Below are positions 1-13,893 of a stretch of 64,000 nucleotides of DNA, one piece after another (the first letter of the stretch is position 1; each line of letters opens with the position of its first letter). This stretch comes from Blasia pusilla (lineage: Eukaryota), in the NCBI GenBank assembly GCA_050084515.1, contig CM114271.1, positions 49,104,001 through 49,168,000 on the forward strand, given 5' to 3'. A program made the position numbers and the translations under genes. The notes beneath the pieces are model-generated. The model was not told the DNA's origin and did no database searches. It saw only the letters and a list, made by a program, of their open reading frames with translations.

Positions 1-294
1 CTGAATTGTGTCGCCTTGTACTCTTCCTAAACGTCTTTTTTTTTCGGTGATGAGTGCTCCACAAGGATGGAATGTGCACATTTTGAGAGTTATTCTTGAA
101 CTAATGGTGTCAAAAACCAGAATTGCAATATTTGGTGTGCATGAAAATCATACCAATCAGGATGTAATTAAAAAAGGAAAGACACAAACCAACTAGGGTT
201 GAACCTCCAATTTTTTCTAATGGGGAAGATACCTTCACTTCAGAAGTTTTCCTCACTATCACACAAGCAAGAACATGCATTTAGTACAACCATA

Positions 295-297
<3 letters not shown>

Positions 298-370
<73 letters not shown>
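298..370. repeat. (TA)n microsatellite
   Basis: Uninterrupted TA dinucleotide run. Confidence 0.98.
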
Positions 371-371
<1 letters not shown>

Positions 372-2659
372 TTTTGTACAATCAGCAAAGAGCTTATTTT
401 CAACCTTCAACAATTGCCACTGCGCATTGGTCGATCATGCCCATTCGACTCTCTCAACATCTCTTTGTGAGAACCACCACCAATTTTTGCAACTTTTACC
501 TTCACTTTACCTTCTCTACCTCAACACCAACACGGCTTGCTATATACAGAACAGGGAAATATGATCAACTATTCAAGAATACCTTGAATGATCCAAAATG
601 AAACCATGCAATGCAAGTGATCATGTCTTACCCTCCCCTTCATCAGAAATGCAGTCTCTTGATGCAAATGGTTGCGTTCTCTTCTTCTCTGATAGCTTGT
701 TGATCAATAAGCATGGAGAACGCCTCATTCTTACGGTATGCCAAACCCCCTTCCTCACCCCAACCTCCACCACCATGAGATCAACAAACTCGTCCAACGA
801 GCTTGACTATTCAACAACAACGGGTTGGTGGCATAAATTGGTCGCAACCCCCAATGGGCAAGGTTGGAGAGTGTACAAAGAGCATCCAATCTACATTCCT
901 TGCTAGTTACAGTAGTGTTAATATTTTTGAAGATGAAAGGAATTGTGGAGATGCACCAACAACAGAGATTGAGCAAAGGGGGGAATCTGCTATGGATAAT
1001 GGTAAGGTTGGAGAGTGTATAGAGAGCATCCAATCTGCATTCCTTGATGTACATAGTAGTTTCGACATTCCTGTGATAGAGAAAAGTGATGAACTGCATC
1101 TTAATATAGATTCTAAAGAGTACAAAAAAAATTCAGAAAGCACTCAAAGTGAGTCCTTATTGCTTGGAGATCATAGTACTAGCTCGAGTGTCCATAAAAA
1201 TAGAGTAGAAAACCTTTGACTATTGAGTACATGTATCCATGGAGAGAGCAGATCTCAGCGATTATGTGGTGGCTTATGATTTGAGTACACATGGGCAAGT
1301 AAGATCTAGAGGTATTCAAAAGAGGCAACATATATGTCTCCACAGAGAGAGCCATCACCTCCATGCATAGCGAGGGAGGCTGAAAAAGAGAGTAATGACC
1401 ACTTTAGTGATAAAAAATATTCCACTAGCAACGATGAGTTTGAAGACACTCCATCTTCTACTGGAGTTGAGAGCCTCGTCCTTGTGGATAAGGACCTTGA
1501 TGCTGATTTCCCAATTGACCAAGAATGTGCGAGGAAGATAAGGGGAAAAAAAAAAGACAAGCATTCTTACTTGGTGATATTCTTGCTGAGTAAGGAGTTC
1601 CCCCATTTGCATAATGTATATTCTCTTAATTGAATTTCCATCATGATTTTTTTTCTTCCTTGTACTTCACGTGTATATAGAAAAACAGAAAGATTTGATT
1701 ACTTATAGATGATTAATGGTGAAATGCTTGTTTGGAAAGCTAGGCTCAAACCAGCAAAGGAAACCTGGAAAGCCTTCCCTTCTAGAGTAGTAGTGGTAGA
1801 GGGTGTTGAAGTGCGACGAAGTTCAGGTTGAGATCAAAGGAGAGCTTACCTAATATGATTGAAAGCACAAAGGATAATACTGTGAGAGATCCTGATTATA
1901 TGCCACCTCAACATATGGATTTCCAATCTGATGATGATGAGGGCATGCCTTATCGTTCTATTGAGAACCAAGACTTTGGACCGACAATCCATCTCAAACA
2001 CATTGAGAGGGTAACTACTTTAAATCTGCCACTTCCTTTTTCATGATTGAATATAGGATTCCTCTAATCATGGTGATGAATAGAACTCTCCATAGCAGAT
2101 TCCCTCTTTTGCCCAATCTCCTCCTCTGTTCTTGGTGCATTTCCACATTTCCTTTCATCTTAAGAAATGATGCACACCTTGGAGTTAACTATCTCCTCAT
2201 GACATACTTGATCCTCTTCCGTGCTTGGATAAGGTTCCCAATCAACATCATGCACATAATCATATGAAGCCATACGAAGCACAAAAATTTCACTCTTGCT
2301 TCCTTGACGTTTCCACTTCACTATCCAAACTTGATGGTTCTTCCCATCAGGCAAGTCACTCCTTGCATCACATAAGCCTTAAGACGCAAGAATGGCCTCA
2401 AGATTTTCTCGATCACTAAAATCTTTTGCAATGGTACTATTGTGTTGGGCACCCCCCTTAATTCACAAAGTTTCTGTTGAGAAATGTGGTCAATGAGCTC
2501 AATCAGGGAAGGAATGATGAATGATTAACATGATGAAACATACATCTCAAGCAAGACCTCTATAACTCCTATCACAACCTTTGCCTCTATCTCTCACTAC
2601 TTACAATAAGACGTGTAGGAACTCTACAATCAACATGCATTGACTTTAGTGCAGAAATG

Positions 2660-5160
2660 TTATATACCTACATCCAATTCACATGTGTCATCTTCAGAAA
2701 CCTCATCCGTGGATACATGGACAACCAGCACATTATTGTCATCTCTATGGGCTGTCACTAATTCCTTAGCGGTCAACTCTATGGCACTGATTGTGTTCAT
2801 CGGTGGCATCCTATGGGGCAATGTTTCAAAATCTTGATCAAGGCCAATAGAATGTCCTTCATCAAGATTCCCCCCATCGTAGATATCATAAATTACTCTG
2901 CGAGATCTAGCTTCTTTCCTCAATACTACCTTCCATCCACTCCCCTCGTTAGCATCTCCAAAAACTACTTGTTCCACTTTAGATGGGAAAACAAAGGGTT
3001 GGTGATTCAAAGGCTCACAAGATCTAAGGTTGACAAGTAAGAAACCTTCATGGTCTCGCTTCATGGATGGCGTACGTGACTCCCAATCTGCCCCAACCCA
3101 TCTTCCTCTCATTAAGATGACACGCTGGTCTACGATCCCATAATCAAGTGCAATAATATCGACAAGAACTCCTACGTATGAATAAGCACTATTGTGGGAG
3201 TCATTATTCTCGTCCACAAATATTGCTCCAATTCCACTATCCTAAGTAGAGTATGCATTAGATCCACCCTCTCTCTCTATCCTAAAGTGGTTGCTATAAG
3301 CCTTCATAGACTTGTAAGAGAGTATTTTTTATTTTATTGAGGAGGAATTGATAAGGCTAATGCCTCTTCATCCACCTTCCCATTATTTTGCCTAGCATCT
3401 TGGAGGATAGCTGGTTGGATCCACTCTTCGGAAGGAATTGATGCCCTCTCAGAATCATATTTCTTAGCAAAAAGAACATTATGGGGCCAATGGACAAGGT
3501 GATCCGTTAGCTTTCGGGAATAGACAGGGTTTAGTGATGCTAAAAACCCACTCTACAAATTGAGAACACAAGTAATTAAATAATACTTGTGCCATGTAAC
3601 CATTGACTTGGTATTGTCTAAAACATAGTGGTGTGCCAAGATCATCAGATCTCTTGAAAGTCATACTTGCACTCCTACACCTTTGAGCTCCTCGCCAGCC
3701 ATTCCTTCTTCTTCACCCTCATCCCAAATTTGGGTCCTTACACCCTCGAATCTCTTCATATACTCAGTCACAAATCAAAAGCCTCGTCTTTCATATACCC
3801 CTCATCCATGCAACCTTCGGGCCGAGCTTTTGATCTCACATATTTCTTCAAAACATCCACATATCTCTCCATAGGATGCATCTATCGGAAAGCTAAAGGC
3901 CCACATATGTCCAATTCTTCAATTACATAGATCAAAAGATGTGTCATCACATAAAAAAAGGAAGGTGGGAAATGCATCTCCAAGAGACATAAGGTTGTCG
4001 TTGTTTCCTTGTGTAGTTTTTTGTAATATATAGGATCATACATTTTACAACACAGTAACCTGAAACTTTTACTCAAGCGCATGATTATCGAACGAACAGG
4101 AGCTTTCAATAGGCCACGATGGGCAAAAGGAAGGATTTGGTGAATGAGCACATGATAATAATGTGACTTCATGTTACCTAGATTCTTTTTAATCATATGC
4201 TTTCTTAGCTCACCACTATATCCTGTGGGCACCTTCAAGGACTAAATCCTAGATAAGAACGCGGCCAACTCTTGAGGTGATAAAATATAATCACATTGAG
4301 GTTTCACTAGGCCTTGAGGTCTACTTGGATGGGGTTGTAACCACAAGTGAGGTCTTATTCCACAAGCTTCCATATCTCTTCTAACCTTGACAATATCCTT
4401 CCCTATCAAGGTCTTCACCAAATTCTCTGCAATATTTTTCTCCATGTGCATAACATCTAGGGTATGTCGTATCAAAAGATGATACCATCAAGTCAAGGAA
4501 ATCTATGTTCATCATAAATAAATAAAATACTTGCTGCAAAATATATCACAAGCATGAGTAAGATAAAATCACATTGGTGCAGATACTCTCCAATATGGAA
4601 AATCTTACAATAGAGACCTTTTCTTCACCCGTGTCCTTTGGTAGGGATCACTTGGACCATTCTCTCGACCTCCACCCTCATCATATATTCTTTCTTCCTC
4701 TGCCCATCTAAGAATCTTGTTTGTTGTAATCCTTCGAGGTGCATCCCTAGACTCACCCCTTCCATTGAAGTGGGAACCATAGGCTTGTCTTCTCCATACA
4801 TGATCATGGGGAAGGTGTCTACGATGACAACCAAAAATAGACTTCCCACATTGTTTGGAGAAATCTGAATCTACATAAGGACCACATATTGTACACGCAA
4901 GTTTCCCACCATGGCTTTGCCCTGAGATTGTGCCATATGGTGGATAATCATTTATTGTCCAAAAGGTCATGGCTCTAAACAGAAAGCTTGAGGATCCATG
5001 TGGTCTACGCACATCATGGAATTCTACCCCATTCCACAACTCATGTAATTCAGCCTCCAAGGGGGCCAAGTAAGAGTTAATGTTCTCTCCATGGACACTC
5101 TCCTTACCGGGCATAATAAGAGCCAATATCACAGAACTTTTGGTTTGAAGCAAAGGTGGA
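2660..5160 (-). mobile_element. CACTA (En/Spm) transposase remnant, frameshifted and 5'-truncated
   Basis: Successive minus-strand ORFs carry Transposase_21-type motifs (LIMPG...YLAPLEAELHELWNGV...WTINDYP), LDVMHMEKNIAENL, DUF4218-type (LCLLEMHFPPSFF, YVRSKARPEG) and DUF4216-type (YVGVLVDIIALDY...PFVFPSKVEQV) motifs in the expected order. Confidence 0.9.
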
Positions 5161-6337
5161 AAATTTTAGTGAGAGCGCCAAAACCAGCCCGGAAAAAGAG
5201 GGACATCCCCTTACCAACTAAACTCACAATCTTTAGAGTCAAAATCAACATCTGAAATTATACGACTCCTTAAATGGGCTTAAAACACTAACATTTCCCC
5301 CAACTTGAGTCCTCCAAAACAGCCCATTGGCTTGGACATGCTACAAAACTATGCTTCCTAGAATAAAGAATTGCAGTACCTAAGAAAGGAAATTTATGAA
5401 GAACAAGTCGGACAATTTCCAAAGAAATGGAAAAGGTCTCTCCTACCACACTTTATTTATCCACACTCTCGTCTGCCCCCTCCTTCAAGTTTGACTTTGG
5501 ATTCCTATGCGGATGAATCATCCTAGTCACCACCACCCTCCTTAGTATGAAAAGACTATTAGCCCCATGCATACGTGTTACTAATGATGGGTGATTTGGA
5601 TTACCTATCATTAGCCACTGGTTGATACCAGTTGACCCCAATTAGATGAGCACAAACTCTGAATCAACCATCAATTCTTAACCATCCTTGACTTTTAGAA
5701 GCAATGCTTTCCTTATGCACTAACCTGAAAATTGAGAATTGCAACAAGACCCACTCGCAATCAAATTCATCACAACACAATATATGCATGCCTCTGAGAA
5801 GTGCACTTGTGCCCAATATTAGATACCCAGGCGCTACACCATTGCTGGGGGGCAATGGTGTGGCACCCCACCATCCCCAAAGGAGGTGATGTGCAAAATG
5901 TGAATGTTTTCATATAATGAAAATATTCGTATTGTAGAGTATGAATCATGATGTGCAGAATAGTTTTAGAGTAATCAGTTAGGACCCAGACAATTGACCG
6001 GTGGCCTTGCGGTTGGACATATATTTCTCTTTGTATCCATGGTGATACAACCATGAATCTGGAAATTTTTGGAGGTCCCCATCCTAGATTTAAGGGGGAG
6101 AATTACAACATTTACTCATACCAGATGCCGCAAAAATCTTCCGTCATATCTCATATTGAACTCACTCAGTCCCATGTGTTGGACTGGAAATTGCTTATCT
6201 ACATGTGGCGCTAGAATCATGTTGTGGACATTAAATTTATAAATCTCAATCTAAGGATGGATCTAATCAAAGTCATGGTAAAACACCCTGAACTGCAATT
6301 GAACTGTAAGACAAGTTAGTCTGTTTTGCGCAGCAGT

Positions 6338-7260
6338 CTATCGGAGCGATTCTACGACTCCTTGAATACTTTGCATAGCAACGAGCAGTCGGGTTTCCAC
6401 CAACACCTTCTCCCTGCGAATCTTCATCAACTTCAAGGTACTTGGCATTGATACGATTACCTTTTCATTGATGACCAAAACTTTCAAGGAGACGGGAATC
6501 AAAAGTTTAGAATACTTTGGCAAAGTGGCTTGCTTGGAAAGAAACATCAAGAGGAGTTCCACATTCTTCTCATCCCAGTTGGAGAGAGCACGTCCCAGGC
6601 CTTTCCAAACCACCAGCTCCTGCATGACTGCGACAAAAATCTTTGGATCTAAGGTGCACATCGCGGCGATGAGAGCGTCTTTGTACCGGAATTTCAGCAT
6701 AAACTTGTCATACTTCGTCATATTGGACTTCGTCAACTTGGCAAGGTAGAAATCTCCGTCTGAAGGTTTCTCTATGTGGCCACACAAAAATAGCGATGGT
6801 TTTTGGGGTTCAGCGGACGATCTCGTGCCCTCTCTGTGCTCATTTCGAGTCATGCTTGCAAGCGTCTCGCAGACAACACGAGAGCCCCTTCTTTGTCTAC
6901 CGGCCCTTTGACTCGATGTCGAATAGCAAGCATCCCAGATGACGAACCCATAGCCATGGTTCTACATTCAGGGGATACATCCATGGACAAGAGAGCATCC
7001 AAATACTTGGTTGGATGGGTGACCTTGAAGTGTTCCAATTCAAATACCTTACATGTCTATCCAAAGAAGCGGAGAGCAGGCGGGGCAAGGAATCAGCGCC
7101 GGCTGATCCGTCGAGAGAAGGAGTCATGAGACACAACTTAGTCATAGTCTTCTGGTGGCTCTCGATACTTTCCACCTATAACGACAAGTCTTGCATGAGA
7201 TCCTCTGGAACTATTCCCAATATCTAAGCCGTGTGATGACGGCAGAGGTGATAATCCTTT
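6338..7260 (-). pseudogene. UTP15: UTP15/SLOW WALKER1-like fragment (last WD40 repeats plus UTP15 C-terminal domain)
   Basis: ESHQKTMTKL...RLLSASLD, FKVTH...LLSMDVSPE..MAMG and YDKFMLKFRYKDAL..AVMQEL..LGRALS..LLMFLSKQATLPKY lie in three frames; N-terminal half is missing. Confidence 0.8.
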
Positions 7261-7508
7261 GTTTCACGCACGAAGAAGACAATCATCTGTTCCACCAATC
7301 ATGAATAAGAAAAATCTAGTGCTCCCCATAGAGTATACGATTAAAGCTATGCAGATAACAGCAGTGCCTCCTCCATGACCGGCCCCACCTTTACCAGGTT
7401 CTTATGCCAAGCACGGATCGGCTTCGCACCCCAAGTTCGACTATATTGAAGCACAAGATGATAGCTTTGTCTCCCTCATAGCCATCCACCAATTCCTTCT
7501 CTGCATCC

Positions 7509-7509
<1 letters not shown>

Positions 7510-7549
<40 letters not shown>
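7510..7549. repeat. (GA)n microsatellite
   Basis: Direct observation. Confidence 0.97.
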
Positions 7550-7551
<2 letters not shown>

Positions 7552-7907
7552 TGTAGTGCGACTACTGTTCTGAATCCCGCGTTTACACACAGAACTGGAG
7601 AACCAGCAAAATCCTCTCTCTAATGAGGATTGAGTAATTATCAGTAGTCTCTGCATCTATTTCTCAAACGCTAATGGACCGATTCTTGTCCACACTCTTC
7701 AAATACTAGATATCCTTACTCTTGACGAGGAGCGTCAATCCATCTGATTTTTGTGAGATTAGCACTCACGTTGTGTGAGTGATAAACAAAGAAATGGCAA
7801 TTTCTTTGTTTCTTTGTAAGGTAAGAATAAAGAAACCGTTCTTACCACTGTTCTACAATAGCTGATGTTGCTCGATTGCATTCGGCTCAAGTTTGCTCAT
7901 CGCCGAA

Positions 7908-8190
7908 ATGGGGGACACGAAGGTCCAATTGCACATGGGAGGACTCTCACCAAAAATCAGCGCCAGTGATTTGAAGGAGCGGTTTGCACCTTTGGGCAGC
8001 ATACAGAGTGTTGTGTTCCTGATGTCCAAGTATGGCCCTGATCATCGAGGCTTCGCCTGTGTGGACTTCCAACCTGAAGAGAGAAGAGCTTCACAACACG
8101 AATTCGTGAAAACCACGTCCTAAGATGAAACTCGGCTCTTATGAGAAGTCGAAGCCATTTCCAATGCCAGAAAGTGGCTCCCAATTACTG
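7908..8190 (+). pseudogene. NOL8/ROS3-like N-terminal RRM fragment
   Basis: VQLHMGGLSPKISASDLKERFAPLGSIQSV...RGFACVDF fits the RNP2/RNP1 pattern of NOL8/ROS3-type RRMs; the frame breaks right after the RRM core. Confidence 0.65.
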
Positions 8191-8919
8191 AAAAGTTTGT
8201 GAGTTGTGGGGAGAATATCGGGTGAAGAGAAGCGCTTCATTTGAGATAGAGAGATTACTAGCAGTTGAGAGAATCGGTTTCTCTTTTACACCTTCGTACA
8301 ACAAAGTGCACCCCGGAAGTTGTTGGAGCTTCTAAGATCTCCTTACGCCCTCGACCACTCTTTGTGCCTACAACTCAAAGCGCGCGTGATCGAACCCTCT
8401 GTGGCTGCACTTCCTACACCTCTGAAAAGAGAACTTGAACTCTCGGCTCGCGCGCAAGCTCTGCGAGGACTATCATCTCTCCTCTCTGGTTCCTCTCTCG
8501 GCTCTCGCATTAGCTCTATGTGTTCTATCTTCTCAATCTCCTCTCTCGTTTCCCTTACTGTAGTATCTCCCACGCACATATGCTCATACACCTAAAAGTG
8601 CCAAGTTACCATTCTTCTCCTATGTGTTTTTCCCTTCCACTCTATGCTCAAATCTCTCCTACATGTGTTAACTCCTTCCAAGGGTCTCAATCGCTATCTA
8701 AACCCTTCTGTGTGTCTTAGCTTAGTATGGTCTACTATAAGCTACAATTAAGGGTCTCTCCACTTAAGGAGAAGGAGAATTGCTTCTCCAAATTTTTCCA
8801 AACCCTAAATATTTCCAAGGGTTTGGGAAGAAGGGTTTAATCTATACATTCTTTCATAAATTTTACAAAGGCCTTGAAACATCCTAAAGTGGATCAGTTA
8901 GGTTTGAGTGAATCTAAAT

Positions 8920-11830
8920 TTTCTACATGATAAAATTGGAAAATCATGATTTGTGGCTCTTGTAGGAATAGAAAAAAATTCATGACGATTTTTTTTTAAT
9001 GAAAAATTAAGGATCCTACCTCGCATCAAGATACGACGATATCTCGTCAACAAGGTCATTTGCATTGGATGTATCCATATCCTTTGATAACTTAAATGAC
9101 ACCGCATCAGACCCCTTAAAAAAATATTTGTATAAGTAATTGATGGCAGACACACTACTTGTGATTTACAAATTGATGTGACAATAAAAAAGGATGGATA
9201 ATATAGGATTGTAGGGCACAATCCAACGATTATCCAATGAATGTTCGCACTTGATTATCGCCCTCCCATTCTCCAATCTTAGAAAACACAGTAAGAAATC
9301 ATGAATCTATCAAGGTCATATGCCTTAGAGTAATATAAATATAAGCCAAGCTAAAAGGATCCTTACCTGCGAAAAATTGGATAGCCGTCTTCCGTCTCTA
9401 TAGTGTTGGCCGCAAAAGCTTTAGGATAGCCTCTTGTACAATTTTTTGTTTCCTTATCCATACATGGAGCATTAGGATTAAATGGTCCATATGGCTTATG
9501 AATCATACAATTAGTAACAGTAGAATACAACCTTGGATGGGTAGATTGATCAAGGATTTCTGCCGAAATAACATGATCATAATCTGAAGTGGTATGTGGT
9601 TTATCTTCACGACCTAATATAATAAGAACGTGCACATGTGGCAAACCTTTTTTTTGGAATTCCATCACATTAATGCATCCAACAACTTGACCCAATATCT
9701 GATTTTTTATGATAAGTCGTAGCAACTCCTTCTTCTTCTCAAAAACCCGCACAACCACATCCGCACGATCCGTAGCTGATTGACCTGGTAATAAGGCTAA
9801 TGTAATCTTCTCCCACTTTGGATTACATGTCATGGTCAAAAGGTAGTCATGCTTCCCCAAATGTCTTACAATTTCCATTACATCTTGATACAATTGATGC
9901 ATATGATGCGACCCTCCAATAAAAGAAGGTAATATAATGCGTCTCCCAAACCTTCGACTATCCACATCCTGTCGATGCAGAAGATCTTTCACAACTTGAT
10001 ATAATTTGGCCCTTAACTCCTTCTGATTTAAGCGAACCTAAGATAACCGTTGCATCTCTACAATGGCATAGAGATCAACCATGTATTCTTGAGTGAGTCA
10101 ACCAAACCGCAATAACCGATTGTTATCTTTGCCTCTAGCCCGTGTTTGAAGTCGAAAACATACAAATTGCAACGCCGTAACACTTTTTTGATTTCCTTTC
10201 CACAATACCATCACCATCAAATCGTTCCTCATCCATGCAATCTTCTGAAGGTTCAATGTGTTCCTCCTCGTGAATAATGCGGCCCAATCGTTGTGATTCT
10301 CTATAGCCTTCAATTCTTCCAAACGGTATTCGAGGATGCTAACTAGCTTCACCATAGATAAATAATAGAACAAAATATAATGGAATATATGCTTCATTGA
10401 GGTCAGAGATACGCCTCACTCCTCCTCCATATAGTCGTACAATGATATCATGATGGTCAACATATTCACTTCCATCACCCGGTAAAATAGCAGCAACCTC
10501 AAAAGCAGTTGGTAAGTTATAACGCTTTGCATGGAGCCCTCTCTTACTTGCTTTGAGGATAATCCACATATTAAGGGTCACTTGCTTCATACGCCATATC
10601 ACGAAAGATCTTCACATATGGATTGTATTCATGTAACATGTCTTGTAGCCCTGTTAGAATGTCAATATTAAGATGAGATGATCTAGACATAACTCTTCCA
10701 CAATTCCCCAATTCATTTGTAGTATTATGGATGTAGAGTTGAGCAAATTGGGGATGGCCGCCTATCTCATTTACATACACTCCGGTACAAGCAAGTTGGA
10801 GTGTAGAATTGTAAGCTCAAAAATGTGTAAGAAAATGATGATTTCTCGGACTAACACCCGAAATCAATGATTTCAAAAATGGAGGAGACGATTTCAAAAG
10901 GGGTAACTCTATTCTTCCATGGCCACAACACATGCCATACGGAGAATCACTAAACTTAGTGCCCCTGATGATTTCATATTTCCAATGCAAAGCTTGTCAT
11001 GATGGGCATATCTCTGTCATAGAACTTAATGTATGACGACCGTTGGTACGATTCAAACTCCTTTGTACTCGCAACTTCCTAATATCACTTTCTTGGAATT
11101 TGGTCTCTTGGCAAGATTGAGTAATGTATTCAATCTTCCAACCCTATTAACAGTAGACACCGGACGAATAATGGCGCTTTGTGGAGATAACACAACTCCA
11201 TCAATGGTAGAAGACACAAGATCTACTCCTGACCTTACTTCATCCCCCGCATGGGGGAATGTCTCAAAATTGTCGACAACATCATGGTCAACCGGAATGG
11301 AAAGAGTGGTAGGTAACTCAACTCGTGGTGTTACATAAGTAGTAGCCCTGCTCGGGGATATATTCTCGATAACTGCATGGAGTGCACTATCTGCTATACC
11401 AAGTCTTCTTTATTTTCTCCTACGTTACTCCATCCTCATTGAAAGGCCTGAGAAAACATTAACATATTATAATGAGCAGATAGAAATAAAAGATGAACAA
11501 TGAAGCGAATGATTTAGAGTAAGATAAGAAAAGTAAGATATATGTACCTCGAGAATTGACTATCAATAGTCATGAGGTCATTATTTTCCATAGTTGAAAT
11601 ACTCTCAACTACCAAAGTAGGCTCAACTTGAGCATTAAGCGCTTTCCTTCTTTTTCTATACTCTTGATAGTAACTCCTCTTTTTTTCTTTGAGAGCTTCC
11701 ATTTTATCAGCACGAATAACCCATTCTCGTTTTTGGGTTTCCCCGTGTAGAACCTTCCGAAAATCACGTATATTGACAAGATTCAATGGAATGGGAAGTT
11801 TGGAACAACAAATGAATGGTAGGAACAAAT
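8920..11830 (-). mobile_element. Helitron RepHel remnant (Rep region; helicase absent)
   Basis: Motifs PQFAQLYI, RYNLPTAFEVAAIL, TMTCNPKW, EFQKKGLPHVHVL, GYPIFRR, then after a GT-AG intron (9278-9366) LDNRWIVPYNP...YLYKYFFKG; many stops and frameshifts. Confidence 0.92.
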
Positions 11831-13449
11831 GAAGTTCACACTATGAAGAGTAAATTTTAACATGCTAAATGGTCATTAATACATTGAACTTACGTTGGAG
11901 ATATTTCTGGGAGGAGTTCATCTTCAACATATGTTTGTTGTGCTAAGATTTCCTTGCGACGGGCACATCTTTTTTGTTGTGCGTTCCCTTGCATCAATTT
12001 TTTAAAGTCGCGCAAATCCGTAAGGTTTTATGGAAGAGGAAGTCTACACAAAATTTGGGTGATTGCATGATCAAAGTATATAATAAACATAAAGAATGGC
12101 ATCAAAGGCATAATCATGGAAATGGAACTAAGGCATAAATCAAGCGTGCTTACATTGGAGAGTTGTTCTTCGATAGTTCAAATTGTGTCCATAAAATTTG
12201 TTGTCGGATTTGTATATTTGTAATAACAATGGTCGTCTCTCCAAGTTCAGTGACCCGCCGACACTCGCAATCTACACAACACACAAAAATATTCATTAAA
12301 CTTGAGAATTGAAGTGAGCGGTTAAATTTGAATAAAATTTAAAAATTAAGTTTGAATAAAATAAAAATAAAAATTTGAATGGTCAAAATGAAAAATTAGG
12401 GAAAGGCTTTAGTAAAAAATAGGCAAAATAAGGTAGGGTATTTAAAAATAAAATTTCTAGGGTAGGTTAGGGTATTTTAAAAAGGAAAGGGTAGGGTAGG
12501 GTATTTTTATTTTTAAAAAGGGTATTTTAAATTTTTTTAAGTAAAAATACTATTACCCAGGTTCAGGATCCTGAACCTCCGCCTAACCTAGGTTTTGGAC
12601 CTGTCTGCCCCCGCCGCCACCTCTAGAGATCAAGCGGCTCTCCCCACTTGAACTAGATCCTACGGCGCAAAGTTACGCCATAGCCTGGCCGTCCGATCCG
12701 CAATCGGACGGCTCGGGGCAACCACCGCCAACAACTCCCTTCGACCTTCAACCTTCTACCATAATCGGATAGGATCTCTATTTTGGAACCACCCAGGGGA
12801 TTCGGAAAATACTCTTTGTCTGACAACTCAGGGTTTTCTCATACGGGGAGGGAGTCTTTTATTGCTCCTTCAAAGCCAAGAGCATGCTCCGGTGTGATTC
12901 TACCACCCCAAGGAAGACTCTTGTTGAAGTGTGTTTTCTTCCACTTACTCAACCACATACAGTCCTCTTGGGAAATTGGCAACCATTTTGAAGTGTCCAA
13001 CGCTTGGAGATCACCCGACTTTACACCGTAGTGTTTTTTGTCTGATGTGGCCTTGGATACACTTTTCCAATTCCCTTGCGTAGACTTCTTTGCTGTAATC
13101 CTTGCAGCAAAGAAGTCTCTTTCCGTTGCCATTGCCTCTTTCCGTTCTGTTGTTGATGATATTCGCAAGGTTGTGATAGGTGTCGGAACAGCACCGAGGG
13201 ATGGGAGTAGTTCCAGGAGTTGTCGGAACAATAGGAAGAGACTGGAGGAGTTTCAAGAGTTGTCGGCCAGAAGCTAAACCAAACCTGAAAGAGCAGCCGC
13301 AAACTGGCGTTGCTGTATAGTCAAGTTGCTGAACTGATTGGCGAGAAGAATATCGAAGCAGAAGCACGCATTCCAAAACTAAAGCCGGTACTAAATGCCA
13401 CGTTTCAAGAGCTGGAGTGTTTGCACTACGAGAGCGAATTTCCTTTTAA

Positions 13450-13790
13450 TAGCATACATTATGCATGATGAAAAAATAAGATAAATTAATAGCAAATTTT
13501 TCTTTTTATTTTTAAACATACATTGGAAAAAATAAAATGAATTTGAAAGGAAGAGGGAACTTTTTTCATTAATTAAAATTAATTAAAAAAATATTTTTAT
13601 TCTATGTTGATGGGAGGAAAATAATATATTTTTAAAATTTTTATGGAAAGATGATATTATTTAAGGGAGTGGAATTTTTTTTAAATTCAACTGGAGAATG
13701 AAATTAAAGAGAGAGAAATGTTATTACTCCTTTACAAAATGGAGATACTCTCTAAATATTGAAATGAAATTTTTTTCTACGATTAAAAAA
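13450..13790 (-). repeat. AT-rich dispersed repeat, inverted homolog of ~19270-19630
   Basis: Reverse complement shares colinear blocks (AAAGGAGTA.TAACATTTC, CCACTCCC, TTCCATAAAA.TTTAAA, TTCAAATTCATTT) with the 19.3-19.6 kb copy; boundaries approximate. Confidence 0.65.
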
Positions 13791-13893
13791 GACAACATTA
13801 GCATGCTAACTAGTACTACTCGATCTACTAATACACAACTGTATAATCCAGTGAGGACCACCCGAAAAAAATTTAAGGATTTCCTTGACCACT

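Noticed and set aside
199-601. ORFs with poly-IY tracts
   Set aside because: Artefacts of the (TA)n microsatellite
12839-13231. 130-aa minus-strand ORF
   Set aside because: No family I can recognise and no supporting gene structure
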